From NCBI RefSeq assembly GCF_009914755.1, contig NC_060925.1: 64,000 nucleotides of DNA. One strand, written 5' to 3'. Origin of the DNA: the human T2T-CHM13v2.0 reference genome, Homo sapiens. The position numbers and the translations under genes were made by a program. The notes below the pieces were generated by a model. That model did not search any database. It was given only the letters and a program-made list of their open reading frames with translations, and was not told where the DNA came from. Of the stretch, positions 28,130 through 44,242 are shown one piece after another. The number at the start of each line of letters is the position of its first letter. Positions within the stretch are counted from its first letter, which is position 1.

Positions 28130-29690
28130 AGGAATATTCAAGATTATAAAGGTATCAGGTCTCCTAAAATTGATCTATGGATTTAATACCATTTTCAATG
28201 GAAATTCCAACAGATTTTATTGAATGAAACAAGCAGGTGTTTATATGGAGTAGCAAAGGACTTAAAATTACCAAATGCTTCTAAATATGAAGGAGAGGTT
28301 GGGGACACGCACCCTATGTGATACCAAGTTTTATTGTCAAGACAGTGTCATGGTGCAGAGGTAGGCATTCTGAGCAGGGGAACAAAATAAGGGCCTAGAA
28401 ACTCACCCGTGCATATGTTGACCTTTGCAAAATGACCTGGTGACATGGCAAGTCAGTGGGGACAGGAAGGACCACTCCCTAAGTAATCCCAGAACAATGG
28501 CTATTCATGTGGGAAAAAAAGAAATTTTACTTTCTCTCACCTTACCTGGTGATAAGTTCCAAATATGTTAAGGGCTTTAATACAAAAAGCAAAAATTGTC
28601 AGTGTTTGGATGAAAAAAGCCTTAGGGCAGGAAAGAATCTCTTGAGACATAAAGTAGTAATCATAAAGGACAAGATGGTTAAGTCAATTCTGTTAAAACT
28701 CAAGGCTTATATTAAGCAAACACTTGAAGTGAGAAGATGATCCACAACTTGAGAAGACATTTATAATACAAATAACTGATGAAGGATTCATAATCACAAA
28801 TATAGAGAATTCCTATTTAAAAAAATAGAAAAATAGTGAAGACTACACAAGAGGAAATAGGGCTTTTAAATAAATAGATGTTCTGTAGCATTGGTCAGGG
28901 AAATATGAATTAGGACCACAATGAGATTCCATTTTATATCCATAAGATTTGCAAAGGTTGGGTCTGACAGTACCAGTTGTTAGATCTGTAGGGACTTGTA
29001 CAACATTGTGGATGTGTAAACAGGCACCACTGCTTTAAAAAACAATTATCCCTTACAGACTTGAACATTTGCAGACGTTATGATCTTGCTTCCAACTCCC
29101 ACCTGTATGTCCAGCAAACTCTTGCATGTGGCCACTAGGAGGAATGTGTAAGAATGTTCATAGTTACATATTTATAATAGTTAATAACTGGAAAAAGTGA
29201 AATGTATGTCTGTCTACAGGAAAATAGGTGAATAATTAGATATATATATTCATTCTACGGGATATTATTCAGTAGTGGAAATGAGTGAACTACAGCTATA
29301 CCTCACAATAAGAATGAATCTCAGAAAATATTAAGGAAAAAAGCAAGTTTGAAGAGACCACATGGGGCGTACTATTTTTATTGAGCCCAAAAACAAGCAA
29401 AACCAAAGAATATGTAGTCTAAGCATACGTATACAATAAAACTATGCTATTAAAAAAAAAAGGTAACTGATAAACCAAAATTGAGCATAGTAATTACCCA
29501 CAGAAGGAGGAAGTGGAAGGGACAGGAGCACATAGGTAGATGCCAAGTTATGCAGCTGTTCTGGTTCCTCCTGGTAGGCTTACAAGTGTTTACTATATGC
29601 TATTAATACATTATACTTTATAACTAATAGATAACAGTTTTTTACATATTAAATATGTTCTACTTAAATATATTATAAAAAATAAAGGCA
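28130..29690 (+). mobile_element. Highly degenerate L1 (L1ME-like) ORF2 end and 3' region within the 3'UTR
   Basis: aaattgatctat.gattt...aaattccaacagatttt; accacaatgagattccatttta; gaatgttcatag; atgaatctcagaaaata. Confidence 0.65.
29681..29686 (+). terminator. MTR: Proximal polyadenylation signal AATAAA
   Basis: AATAAA with AT-rich upstream and GT-rich downstream sequence (tctggtatggtgattttgt). Confidence 0.65.
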
Positions 29691-30574
29691 AAGTGGAATG
29701 ATAACCTAAAATCTGGTATGGTGATTTTGTAGGTAATGTTTGTATATGTCAAATACAGTTTTTAAGGAAAGGAAGAACATCTTAGGGTAAACAGCAGCTA
29801 GAAAGGTGAGGGGCAGGAGAGTGGTGCATCCTTGCTGCTGCCAGCAGTGCCCAGATACCAGGCTTTGGGGAATGAGTGGATGGCTGGACCATTTGCTAAG
29901 ACAGAGGCCAGGGGATGGGAGAAATGATGAGTTTTGGAAAGATTCGATGTGACTAGACTGAATATAGGCAGTTGGATACTAGACTTTGGAATTTAAAAAG
30001 AATGTCTGGAGTTAGAATTGAGAGACTTGAACGTGGAGATGGAGGTCAGGCTGCAGTGCGATGGGATCATCTATGGAGCATATGAGGAGAAGAGAATCTG
30101 GAGGAGGAGGAGGGGGAGCCAGCAGGGGAGCAGCTGTGGGTTGGAGGAAGCCAGGAGGGAGAGTGCAATGCCGAGAAAGCAATGAAGAGCGTTTCGAAGC
30201 ATGCCAGCAGAACCCAATGCTGCAAAGAGGCCTGGGAATGGGATTGCTGAGGGCCCTTCTCACAGTGAGCCCCTCAAGAGCAGCGTCAGGGGATTGTGGG
30301 GACTGTTGGCACACAGCTGGCTTTGCTAGGTTGAAGACAATGGGAGGTGTGGAAGACTTGTTGACTCATTTAAAGAAGATTGGAGGGAAAGGTAGGATTG
30401 AGAGTGTTTCAGACAGAAAAAGGATTATATGCTGAGGGTAAAGCACAAGTACAGAGGGTTGCAGATAGTGCAGAAGTCTTTAAAAACAATTATTTTAACC
30501 CAACTTCCAGGGAGACTGAATTTCTTCTGCCAGTCAGTAACACCATCAACCTGGGAGTTGCCCCTGACCCCTCC

Positions 30575-30920
30575 AGTCTTAGCTCCTGCTCCTGTAACAA
30601 AATACCACAAACTGGTTAGCTTATAGAGAACAGATGTTTATTTCTTACAGTTCAGGAGTCTGGAAGTCCAAGATCATGGTGCCATCATGGCCGAGTTCTG
30701 GTGAGGGCCCTCTTCTGGGATGCAGCGGCCAGCTTCTCATGTTCTCACAGTGGGTGGAGGGTAAGCTTGCTCTCTGGCCTCCTCTTAAAAAGGCACTAAT
30801 CCCATTCATGAGGGCTCCACCTTCATGACCTAATTACCTCCCAAAGATGCCATCTCCAAACACCATCATTCTGGGGATTCCATTTCAACATGATTTGGGG
30901 GATACATCAGACCATAACAC
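30575..30920 (-). mobile_element. MLT1-family (MaLR) LTR
   Basis: tgtaacaaaataccacaaactgg...tttatttcttacagttc...ggaagtccaagatca...atgacctaattacctcccaaag. Confidence 0.75.
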
Positions 30921-32026
30921 TTTTCTTTTTCTCAACCTTCACATCCAGTTGGTTCTCAAGCCCTGGCGATTTTACGCGCTAGATAGGTCTTAAGTTCATC
31001 TCTACGCCTGCCCTGGTTAAGGTTCTCATCATTTCTCCTCTGGATTCATCTGCAACACAGGCTGCCGGGTTGGTTCCCACCTCCTAGAGCTGGAAGAGTG
31101 GGCTCTCTGATTCTTTACACCCCCGCCTCAATCCTCCTGCTGCCTGAATAACCATCTCCCCGTGACCTAGGATATATCCCAGCCCCTTAGAGGCATGCAA
31201 AGCCTTCCATGTCTGACCCTGCCTCATGTCTTGGAAGCCCTAGACTGCTGCTGTACCCTGAAGGAGGTACCTGCTCACATTGGCCCCTCTGTCTGGAATA
31301 ACCCCACCCCGGTTCCACCCAAGTCAGGAAAGCTTCCCAACCCCTCCCTCCCACCACCCCAAAGCTAAGTGAAGTGACCCCTCTTCTTGCCTCTGTAACA
31401 CCGCCATGCACATTTCATACAGCCCTTGCTGAAACTTCATCTAGTTCTCTGTTAGACTTAACATTCCCTAAGGGCAGGTTTGGAACCTTACTCATCTTTA
31501 TATGGCGTCTAAAATAGTGCTTGCTTTATGATAGGTGCTCAGTAAAGGTTGTCTTGAATTGAGCAGATCCTCTAGGGACAGGAGTTGGATGGAGAGCAGA
31601 CTGTAAAGCCTCATGAGGGCAGGGGCCCTGCCTCTTCCTGAGCTCAGGATACCCAGAGCCTAGCTCAGTGCCTGCCATGAAATTGTTCACTCCATCAAGC
31701 CTTGTTAAATGAGTTCGGGGCGGGGGGAGCATGATGGTTTTCTCTCTCTCAGAAAGAAAGCGCTGTATCAAAGCCCTAGCACCCTCTCTACACCCACCTT
31801 CAGTATTTCATATTAGATGCGGCCCAAGTGATACTTTCTTTACCGTCCCGTGAAGACAGCATATTGGCAGCCCTGCAAAAACAAAACAAAACAAAACCCT
31901 CAGTTCATGGCATACTTGCTATAAATCAGCTATGTGTATTGTCAAATTGTAGAACTGAAAGTATATTCTGATTCGGTGTGTGTATAAGGAAATATACACC
32001 AGTATATGCATTAAAACGTCAAGAAG

Positions 32027-32187
32027 AGCTGGGCACAGTGTCACATGCCTGTAAACCCAGCTATTCAGGAGGCTGAGGTGGGAGGATCGGTTGAGGCCAG
32101 GAGTTTGAGGCTGCAGTGAGCTATGATTGCACAGCTGCACTCCAGCCTGTGCTGAGACCTCATCTCTTAAAAAATAAAAAATAAAAA
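32027..32187 (+). mobile_element. Alu monomer (FRAM/FAM-like) in the distal 3'UTR (sense)
   Basis: Single right-arm-type monomer with A-rich tail. Confidence 0.85.
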
Positions 32188-32953
32188 GTCTAAGAGGATA
32201 CACAGAAATTTTTAAGTGGTTACCTCCACGGAATGGGATTAGGGGATCAGAGGTGAGGGAACTCATGGTTTGGCTATTTCTCGTTCTTTCTGCACTGTTT
32301 CAAATTTTTACAAGTGTATGTTATTGTACTTTTAAAAAGATTAGCTTGGCAACAAGTCTAGCCTGAAATGGGTGCTATTTTGACTAGTCTGAGTGAAAAG
32401 TGAGGATTTAAATGAAGTAACCCCTAAACTCAGCCAGTCCCATGTTTTTTTAACACTTGGAATATCTAATTCCATTTACACTGCATTCTTCAAATGTAAT
32501 TTTCAAAGATGCCTTTTGCCTCATCCCTTGCTTTTAAGTATTATTATAGACTTTTGGAGACTCACGAAACAAGCAATCCCTAAATTCTCGCCCAGGAAAG
32601 TATCTTGGATTAAATGGTTTTTGAGAACCTTGAGAGTGTATATTCTATGAAATGGAAGAAACAAGAACTAGACAGAGTCACAAATGCTGTTGATCACAGA
32701 CAATCTCTGCCATCCATAAGGTAAATGTAATACATCTGGCGACCTGCTGAGTGTGAACTTGCAGCAGGTGAGGAAGGAACTCTGAACTCTCACAATCTTG
32801 TTTCTTCATTTCCCAGAGAGAAACTCGGCAAAGAGAAAAAGGACATTTCCCTCCAGGTTATCTGAAAGAATTTCAATGCTTACCTTTAATCATGTGACAT
32901 TGTTTATCTTGGATTAAAAGAAAAGAAAATGTATTTATTTTGTGCATATTTTC

Positions 32954-33006
32954 AATAAAATATATAAAATCGAGTTGGTATATAGTGCCAAATACCATTA
33001 ATTAAA
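32954..33006 (+). terminator. MTR: Distal polyadenylation signals AATAAA (32954) and ATTAAA (33001)
   Basis: Hexamers preceded by a TGTA motif (32930) and T-rich sequence, followed by TG/T-rich sequence. Confidence 0.65.
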
Positions 33007-33385
33007 AATATTTTAACCTGATATGATAGATTGTTGAATTTTTAAAAATTGTATTGAGATGAGCTTATCAAGAAAATTTGAAGGATTCCAGGGGAAAACA
33101 TTTTAGTGTTAAAGTACTTGATTATTTTTAAGATAATGCAGCTCTTTTCAGAAAAGGTAGCAGTTAGCTCCAAGAGATATTTCAATGGCTCATATAAAGC
33201 CTTCCAGTCACCATCAGATATTTCCTTACATTGCTATGGGCAAGTACTAACATCCAGTTTAAAACCATTGGGAATGCTGAAGTACAGCAAATTGAGGTGA
33301 CAGCTTGGTCCCCAGCAGAGCCAGGACTGCTTCCTGGTCTGCAGGAGCCCATTTCTCTCCACTGGGCCTTCAAATTAAATCTTGA

Positions 33386-33707
<322 letters not shown>

Positions 33708-35173
33708 TCAATCAGTGGACGTATTACCGCCCCCCCCCAACCAAAATAAATTGGTGAGTTACAAGGAAGTGGACACATCCATGAATGTTTTTTAGTCCTG
33801 TTTGGCATAGAAATGAGTTTGTTCTCTTTTGCAGTTAGAAACATTGTCAATCAGCTGAAAATAATTCAGAAACCTAGTTATGCTTTACACTCCAATTGTG
33901 CATTATTACCCAACAGATCAGATAAAAATCAAGAGAAAGACCCTGTGAAATTTCTCCATTTGTTAAAATTAACCATCAACTGGGAAAAATAGAAAAAAAC
34001 AAACCTTTTCCTAAAAGAGACAGGGAGGCATGGTACCCATTCTATTTGCTAAGGCACTCAAGGAGGAAAGATCATCATATGCAGTAGATAATGTCAGAAC
34101 CAAAAATCTAGCAATTCTGCCAGGCACATAGTAGGAACTTAAATATTTGTTGAACAGACGCCAAGATGCCAGCTAGTGCCCTCCAGAGATTTTCCAGGCA
34201 AGTTCAGAGATGTGCTGCCACTGTCCAATGCAAGGGAACAGACAACTGCACAGAAGCAAATCTGGTCCATCCATCAGCGGCCTTTCAAAACCTACAATCC
34301 AGTGATCGCTGATACTCATAATGATGACTCATAAGTGTTGCAATATTCCTGCAGTACCTTCTGAATCATCAAAGACTCATCAAAATTCAGTGTCACTTCA
34401 GTACTAAGTACACTTTACCATGTGAATCACTGTATTTGAAGGTTGACCACCCAAGTTTGATAAATGTGACCCCTGTCCTTTAACTGGAATATAGATTAAG
34501 CAACATTTTTCCTTCTCCCAACTATGCCAGATAGCAGAGCATCTGCTGCTGCTATAACCCTGTGTCGAAAGAGCCAAGCCTGACTTTATTTAAGCTATAG
34601 AGAGGGGTGCTGAAGTGAAGAAGATGGTTTATCATGGTGAATGGAAAAGATGCTACAGAACAAGAGAGTGTGTCCTGACAAGGAGGTCAGCTCAAACCCT
34701 GGAAGCTGAAGGGGCTGGTGTGAGGCAGAGTTGAGTCATTTAATACCATTGGCATTGAAGGGGAAGGAAGGCGCTAATTTTGGATGGTTTGTATCAGATT
34801 AGCAGGAGCATCTGACTTAAGAAAACAGAGTAATTATTGGGTTTTGTCAAGTGAAAAGTGCGGTTTGGCTTTGGATGCCACCTTTGAAATTTTACTTGAA
34901 AAGTGAGGAGGGTTGAAGAGAACGGGAAAGTTGAGAACTCTGGAAGGTGGGAAGAGAGAATTTTCTAAAGGTTTTGTAATATAAGTAGCAAACATTTGTG
35001 GATATATATTTGGAGATGAGAGAGAGGAAACAGTAATGAGGACATGACTGCCCCCAAAATGGGGAGAGATGGAAAGGACTTTACCCAACCATTTTCCTAC
35101 CAACATTAAAGGGATAAAACATGCCTTCTGTAGGGAAATGGATGTCCCATTCCATCCAGAGGGATGGGTGTGC

Positions 35174-35493
35174 TTTTTTTTCTTTCTTTTTTTCTTTTTT
35201 TTTTTTTTTTTTTGAGATGGAGTCTTGCTCTGTCGCCCAGGCTAGGGTGCAGTGGTGCAATCTTGGCTCACTGCAACCTTGGCCTCCTGGGTTCAAGCAA
35301 TTCTCCTGCCTCAGCCTCCTGAGTAGCTGAGGTTACAGGCACCCACCACCACGCTGGCTAATTTTTGTGTTTTTAGTAGAGACAGGGTTTCACCATGTTG
35401 ATCAGGCTGGTCTCAAACTCCTGACCTCAAGTGATCCATCCACCTCGGCCTCCAAAATTGTGGGATTACAGGTGTGAGCCACTGTGCCCGGCC
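35174..35493 (-). mobile_element. AluSx-like SINE
   Basis: poly(T) followed by reverse Alu ending cccggcc. Confidence 0.92.
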
Positions 35494-36255
35494 AAAGTCT
35501 GTTATTTTGTAGAGTTGATTGGTATTTGGTTATCAAGGCTGTGCTAAGATTTGCAGCGATAGAGGAATAAACATTTATGTCTGCCTTTTAAGCTTCTCTT
35601 CCAATGAGCTCAAATAGTGGTTATGATATTAGAGAGAGGAAATGCTGGCTGGACAAATTTCCTCTACTTTTGCTTTAGCTAAGATCCCCAAGAGGTGAAA
35701 TATTTGCTGTAATATGGCATTTGTGCATTCATTCATATTATCTGTTCATTCATCAAATATGTATTGGGCTAGATCCTGTGCCAGGGCTGGACATACAATG
35801 CTAAGAAAGTAAAATTCCCCGCCCTCATGGAGAATAACATTCTTCACAGAGTTTGTGGGGAACAGACTCCCTCCAGTACCTTGTGTTTCTCAAGTCTTAA
35901 ACTCATCCTCTGCTCTGGATTTAAAAGCAAAAGTGGCATCTCCGGGTCTCTCATGTAATATTTGGAGGAACATTACACTTCCCATGTATATTTCATGCCT
36001 CTTTCCCAAGATTTTACTGCTGCTTCTAAGGCAGCTAACAGTAGGTAGGAAACTTTGACCTCTCTTTCACTTTGCCCCTTTAGGACCTCCAGTTTTAGAC
36101 TTCATCAAGCAAGCCTGGTTTCATTTCTTCTTGCTTAGCCTGATGAACCAGTGTGCTGTACACCACTGTTGGAAACACTGGTACAAAGTTCTGGTACAGA
36201 ACTCTTTCTGAATATTAATCTCCTGTATTGCTATGCCAGAATCAGGTAAGAAGGG

Positions 36256-36288
36256 GTGTGTGTGTGTGTGCGCGTGCGTGCACGCACG
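36256..36288. repeat. Alternating purine-pyrimidine tract (TG)n(CG) ending in a 16-bp palindrome
   Basis: gtgtgtgtgtgtgtgcg cgtgcgtgcacgcacg. Confidence 0.85.
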
Positions 36289-37822
36289 TTTGTGTACTCA
36301 CAAATGTGGGCACACCATTCTGTATGTTAGAAGGAAAGTCTGTGATTAGCTGTGAGCATAAACACAGCTAACCTGATTCCGGGTTGCTTCATGAATACAG
36401 ATCCCAGAGCAGCTGTCAAGCTTTCCCCCTCCTTATCTCATCCCGACCTTTTGGGAACAAAAGTGCCCAGACATCTCCCCCTGCAGATTAACAAGCTGCA
36501 CTTCAGAGGAGCATTTACTGATAAACATCTGCCTTCCAAAGAGAAACCATTTATTTAACAAGCTGCTCTTTAGAAATTTATAGTTGCAGCTTGCCTTCTT
36601 GCCATTGCTCTAAATCAAGATTCCCTTCTTTGTCCTCCTCTATTTTTCTTTACTAAAAATTTGCTTGTTGAGCATTGGTATAATTTCCAAGGAGTCAGTG
36701 TTCATGCTAACATAAATTTTTTTAAAAGCCCCAACTCGGTTTAAAATTACTTTTTTGTTCACTCATAAAGGATATTTATGAGTAAAATCTATAGAACCCA
36801 GTTTGTCATATTAAACTGCCAGGCTGTGCCCTCAAATGCCCAGAAAAGAGAAATGCATTTAACCACCAAATCTCCAACAGACTTCATCCTTATCACTCTT
36901 TGGTTTTGTGTATGTTGACCTGCTCTTGGTCACTCTTGTGTTGTGTGTTTGAGGGTATAGATCATTTTGTAACTTTACTTACATTATAGGGTATATGTAT
37001 TATCTCCCAGATTAAACTGTAGGATATTTAAAAGGGCAAGAACTCTCTCTTCCGCTTTCGTTGTATGTTTTAGAAGATCTAAAGAGTTTGAAGAGAGCAG
37101 ATGTGATGTGTGTTAACTAATAGTCTGATGTGAAGTGCACAGTTGTGTGAGGGGACTCTGAGGTCAGACCTGTCTTTGATCTTTTCAGAAGACATGTATG
37201 TGATTAGCTGTAGTGCATAAATAGGGTTCCATGTTGTGTCATAAATGCCTCCCCTCTCATGCCTTCAAAAATCAGTCGCTGGGGGACCTTGGGCAGGTTG
37301 TATGCCCTCTCTACGAGGCAGCTTCCTCATCTGTAAATGACCATAGTGCTACCACTCACCTCACAGGACAGTGCAAGAAATCAATGCCTTAATCCACAGA
37401 AAGCTCTCAGCACAGGGCTTGGCTTTTAAAAGAAATCTTCATTAACTGAAGAACAATAATGAAGACCCTTGGGAGAGGTTTAATTTTTTCAATTCTTCAA
37501 AGCCATGCTTTACAGAAAAAGTGAATGCAACACCTCATCAAAATACCTCATTTGATAGACAATGTGTATAAATCTCCCTGTGAATGCCAGTAGCACAAGA
37601 GAAGTGTAGGGAGGGAAACTTGACTGTGGTGAGACTGGATATTTTCCAGAGGGAGCTGTAAACATTGCAGCTATAGACAGCCTTCCTGTTACAGATTTGA
37701 CACCTTACAAATGGATTACTCTGCTCATTAGGATAATTATACCAGACATGCTGGATGGTTTAGTGGAACCCATCTCACACCTGGAAAAGCACCCCAAATA
37801 CACTAAATTATACTTGCATTAA

Positions 37823-38221
37823 TGTCTTAGTCCATTTGTGTTGCTATAAAGGAATACCTGAGGTGGGGTCGTTTATAGAGAAAAGAGGTTTATTTGGCTC
37901 ATGGTTCTGCAGGCTGTACAAGAAGCATGGTGCCGGCATCTGCTTCTGGTGAGGCCTCAGGAAGCTTCCAGTCATGGAGGAAGGCAAGGGGAGCTGGCTT
38001 GTCACATATTAAGAGAGGGAGCAAGATAGAGGGGGAGGGAGGCACCAGGCTCTTTAATAACCAGATTTCCATGAAGTCACTCATTACAGCAGGGAGATAC
38101 CAAGCCATTCATGAGAGATCCACCCCCATGACCCAAACACCTCCCACCAGGCCCCACCTCCAACATTGGGAGTCACATTTCAACATGAGATTTGGAAGAG
38201 ACAAATATCCAAATTATATCA
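37823..38221 (-). mobile_element. MSTB-like (MaLR) solo LTR
   Basis: tgtcttagtccatttgtgttgctataaaggaatacctgag...tatatca; perfect 5-bp TSD attaa at 37818 and 38222. Confidence 0.88.
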
Positions 38222-38371
38222 ATTAAGAAAGCCAATTTTAAAACGTTGCATTTTTTATTATAAAACTTTTTTATCACAAAAAGCTTGTAAACTATATACA
38301 AGTATACAGAGAATATTTTCTTCCATTGTTTTTCATTTTCCTTCTCTCTTTTCTCCCGTCCATTCATGAGT

Positions 38372-38826
38372 GAGTAGGCTGAATAATGGCTTCCAAAGAT
38401 ATCGATGTCCTGGAGGACATCATGTTAAGTGAAATAAGCCAGGAATGAAAAGACAAATACCAATGATCTTGCTCAGATGTGGAATTGAAAAAAGTTGATC
38501 TCGTAGAAGTAGAGAGTAGAATAGAAGTTACAAGAGAATGGAACAGTTAGGGAGATGTTGGTAAAGGATAAAAAATTTCAGGTAGGAGGAAGATGGCTTT
38601 GAAGATGGAGGAAAGGGCCATGAGCCAAGGAATGCAGGCAGCTTCTAAAGGCAGAAAGCCAGGAAACAAAATTTTCCCCTAGATCCTCCAGAGAGAGAGT
38701 GTGGCCCTGCTGACACCTTAATTTCTGACTTGTTTCTCCAGAACTGTAAGAGAATAAATATGTGTTGTTAATAAGCCACCAAGTTTGTGGAAATTTGTTA
38801 CACAGCAGTAATAGAAAATGAATACA
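38372..38826 (+). mobile_element. MLT1D-like LTR with an internal L1MA-like fragment (~38410-38590)
   Basis: taggctgaataatggc..ccaaagat start; gctttgaagatggaggaaagggccatgagccaagg...aataca end; L1 motif gttaagtgaaataagccagg in between. Confidence 0.7.
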
Positions 38827-38939
38827 CCATAAAGCTATCAATTTTTATATCTATCAACCTACCTACCCATGTATCATCTTTTTTATATGACTGATATGTT
38901 ATAGTATATATGTATATATCCATGTATTTTCATGTATAT

Positions 38940-40080
<1,141 letters not shown>

Positions 40081-40318
40081 TGTACGTATTTTGTGAATAT
40101 ATGTTTTAATAAGCCAATTACAAATTTGAATCAGAGAAGACCATAGGAATACAAAATTTAGAGAATTTTAATTTATAAAAAGGGAAGGCTATGTTCTTCA
40201 AATTTTGTAAGTTACTTTTTTATTCATACAAAGTATTTTATGTATTTATGGGGTACATGTATTTGTTCAATGCATAGAATGTGTCAAGTCAGGATATTTG
40301 GAGTATCCATCGCCTTGA

Positions 40319-40625
<307 letters not shown>

Positions 40626-41325
40626 CACCTTGAGTATTTATTACGTCTATGTGTTGGTAACATTTCAAGTCCTCTCTTAATAGATACTTTGAAATATACA
40701 ATCCCTTGTTGCTAACTATAGCCACCCTACCCTGCAGCTGAACACTGTGGCTTATTTGTTCTGTCTCACTGTATATTTGTACCCACTAACCAACCTCTCT
40801 TTATTCAAACCCCTCCAACCCACACCCCCTTCCCAGCCTCTAGTGTCTATCATTCTGTTCCCGATCTCCATGACATCAGTTGTTTCAGCTCCCCATGAGT
40901 GAGAACAATAGATATGTATATTTTTAATTCATTTTTTTCCATTCAGTTTTATATCAGTCTTCAAATTTTTTAAAATGCCTATAGAACAATCTATTTTAAA
41001 CACGTACTGTAATTTATGTAACCATTTTTTTTGTAGAACATTAGGGCATTTTCAACTTTTTAGCATTGTAGGTTACAATAGTGTGAGTATAATTGAACAC
41101 TAACCCTTTATTCATATGTCTGAGAATTTCCTAAGAATGAATTACTCAAAGCAGCATTACATTTAAAACCGTTGGTATGCTTAAGCAGATTGCTTTCCCA
41201 AAGGGTGTTTCAGTTAGCAGACAGTGAGCATGCTGGGTAGCACATCTTTTCAACACACTTGCTCAGGTGCAGAGTATCTCCAGAATACAGATGAGGACAC
41301 CTGTGAACTTGAAGCACCACAGTAG

Positions 41326-41955
<630 letters not shown>

Positions 41956-41996
41956 TCAATTGTCTTCAAAATCAACAATCCTATATTGAAAAGTGA

Positions 41997-42307
41997 GGCC
42001 AGGCACAGTGGCTCATGCCTGTAAACCCAGAACTTTGGGAGGCCAAGGTGGGTAGATCGCTTGAGGTCAGGAGTTCAAGACCAACCTGGCCAACATGGTG
42101 AAACCCCATTTCTACTAAAAATACAAAATTAGCTGGATGTGGTGGTATGCACCTGTAATCCCTGTTACTCTGGAGGCCGAGGCAGGAGAATCACCTGAAT
42201 CCAGGAGTAGGAGGTTGCCATGAGCTGAGACTGGGCCACTGCACTCCAGCCTGGACAACAAGGTGAGACCCCGTCTCAAGGCAAACAAACAAATAAATAA
42301 ATAAATA
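41997..42307 (+). mobile_element. AluS SINE, head-to-head with the preceding Alu
   Basis: ggccaggcacagtgg start; (AAAT)n tail. Confidence 0.92.
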
Positions 42308-42589
42308 AAGACAATTGAACCTGATTTTTCCCTTAGATTCTCCAGAGAAAGAACTTCTATATGGAAAGAGGCAGATTGCTGGAAGGAGTAAATAATTCAC
42401 AGACAACTCATAAGCCCTGAGCTCTGGTCTGTCTCTGCCAATTAAATGCTGTGGAACTTTTGGGTAAGTCATTTAAAATATCTGGGTTTCAGATGATTCA
42501 GTTACATATGAGTGGGTCCAACCCTCGAATCTTCTCACTTGTCTTAGTGATGATGAGCTAATGATGTCTGGTGGAGCCTCATCTGTTGA

Positions 42590-43170
42590 GATTTTGGAGG
42601 TGTGGGTTAAAGTTGTGTCCCTCAAAGCATTTCTTCCTCTCAGGCATACCAGAGGTGAGATTCACAGACCACAAAGATAGTATGAATTTAAACTGCAAAT
42701 GCAGGAGAAAATGATTCATAGTTAGAATTCTCAGAGTAATATTGGTTTTAAAGACAATGTAACCTAGAGGACAAGATGAGACCAGAAAGCTCTCTTGTCA
42801 CACCTCTTTGCCAGTGGGTGGATGTTATTCCTAATCTACCCTTTTACTGAAGTATAAGCCTTTGAGGGTGCTGATACTAGATAACTTACACTCTAGCTTC
42901 CTACTATAGATTCAAGGCTTTATCTCCTGTCCTCACATGGCTGTTAAAATAGTAGCCCCTCAGTTATCAAGTCCAGCAACATTTATCAGGGCAGTCTGAG
43001 CTGCATTTCTGTTTCATTTCTGGCTTTGCCCCGAGGGATTTCTCTTACTTTCTTGCATGTTCAGTTATATATTTAAAAGCATGTTTATTATATTTTGTCC
43101 ATCATTTCCAGGTGTTTTTTGATAGGAGGGTTCTCAGTTAATTTACTATATTGCCATAAATGGAAGTCAG
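42590..43170 (-). mobile_element. Ancient HAL1/L1M 5'-end-like fragment
   Basis: Ends ggagggttctcag...atattgccataaatggaagtc, resembling HAL1/L1ME 5' termini as I recall them. Confidence 0.4.
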
Positions 43171-43694
43171 CCCTCTAAATTCTATGATTCTGTGACTATT
43201 AACCTCTTTTCTCCCATTGAGCTAATTTGGATATTTATCTTATTTCATCTTGATTCATTGGGTGTTCTGACTCCATGGTGTGTTGGAAATATCCTCAGTT
43301 CTCTTGGAGGAATATTAATAAGAAATTGCATAAGTGAACCAAAAAAACCTAAAAGCTAATGGCTGTAACTTTGATATTTACATGTTGGGGCTGACCCTAG
43401 CATGGAGATATTCAATTGTCCTCCCTCTAATATTTCAGCCTATGCCATGATACAGACCATTAAGGTCACTTGTGTTGCTTTACTCGGCAAGTATAACTTG
43501 TGATATACTTGTAATATTGTGAAAGATTAAACTTAAATGGCAATATTAAATGTCAGCAAAAGTTAAATCAGTGGTGTACTAAAGAGACTCCAGTTCTATC
43601 TAATGCCTAACATAGGGAAGGTCTGACTGCCCTTTGGACTGGATATGATCTTGGGTTTCTTAGACATTGGAGGCTGAGGTACCTTATCTACTGC

Positions 43695-44003
43695 CTCACA
43701 GTTCTGGAGGCTCTACAGCTGCTATTAACATGTCAGTAGGGTTGGTTTCTTCTGAGACCTCTCTCCTGGGCTTGCAGGTGGCCATCTTCTCCCTGTGTCC
43801 CAACGTGGTCTTCCCTCTTTGTGTGTCTGTGCCCTAATCTTTTTTTCTTATAAGGATACCATTCAGATTGGATTAGGATCCACTCGTATAACCTCATTTT
43901 ACCTTAGTTATCTAAAGACCCTATTTCCAAATACAGTCATGTTTTGAGGTACTGGGTGGTAGGACTTCAATATTTGAATTTGAGGGGACAAAATTCACCC
44001 TTC
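43695..44003 (-). mobile_element. MLT1B/MLT1A0-like LTR
   Basis: tcacagttctggaggc...ggattagg...gaccctatttccaaatacagtca...aggacttcaa. Confidence 0.8.
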
Positions 44004-44242
44004 AGGAATGTAAAAGGTGGTCTGCTAATAGGCCTATGGATTATCAAGTCATTTTTTTTTTAAAGATAAGTGATTGTATTTCTTTCTAGAGCTATTACAG
44101 TGGTTCATACTGGCTTAACTTTATTATTCTCTTCCATCAATTTTCTAATTTAATAAAAGTTAAAACCTTCTATTATGAAAAATTTCAAACTCTCACAAAA
44201 ATAGAGTAAATAGTATAATGAATTCAGTGTCCTCACTGCCTA

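Noticed and set aside
32393-32650. 85-aa ORF in the distal 3'UTR as a downstream micro-protein
   Set aside because: GTG start, no recognisable similarity, and a length expected by chance.
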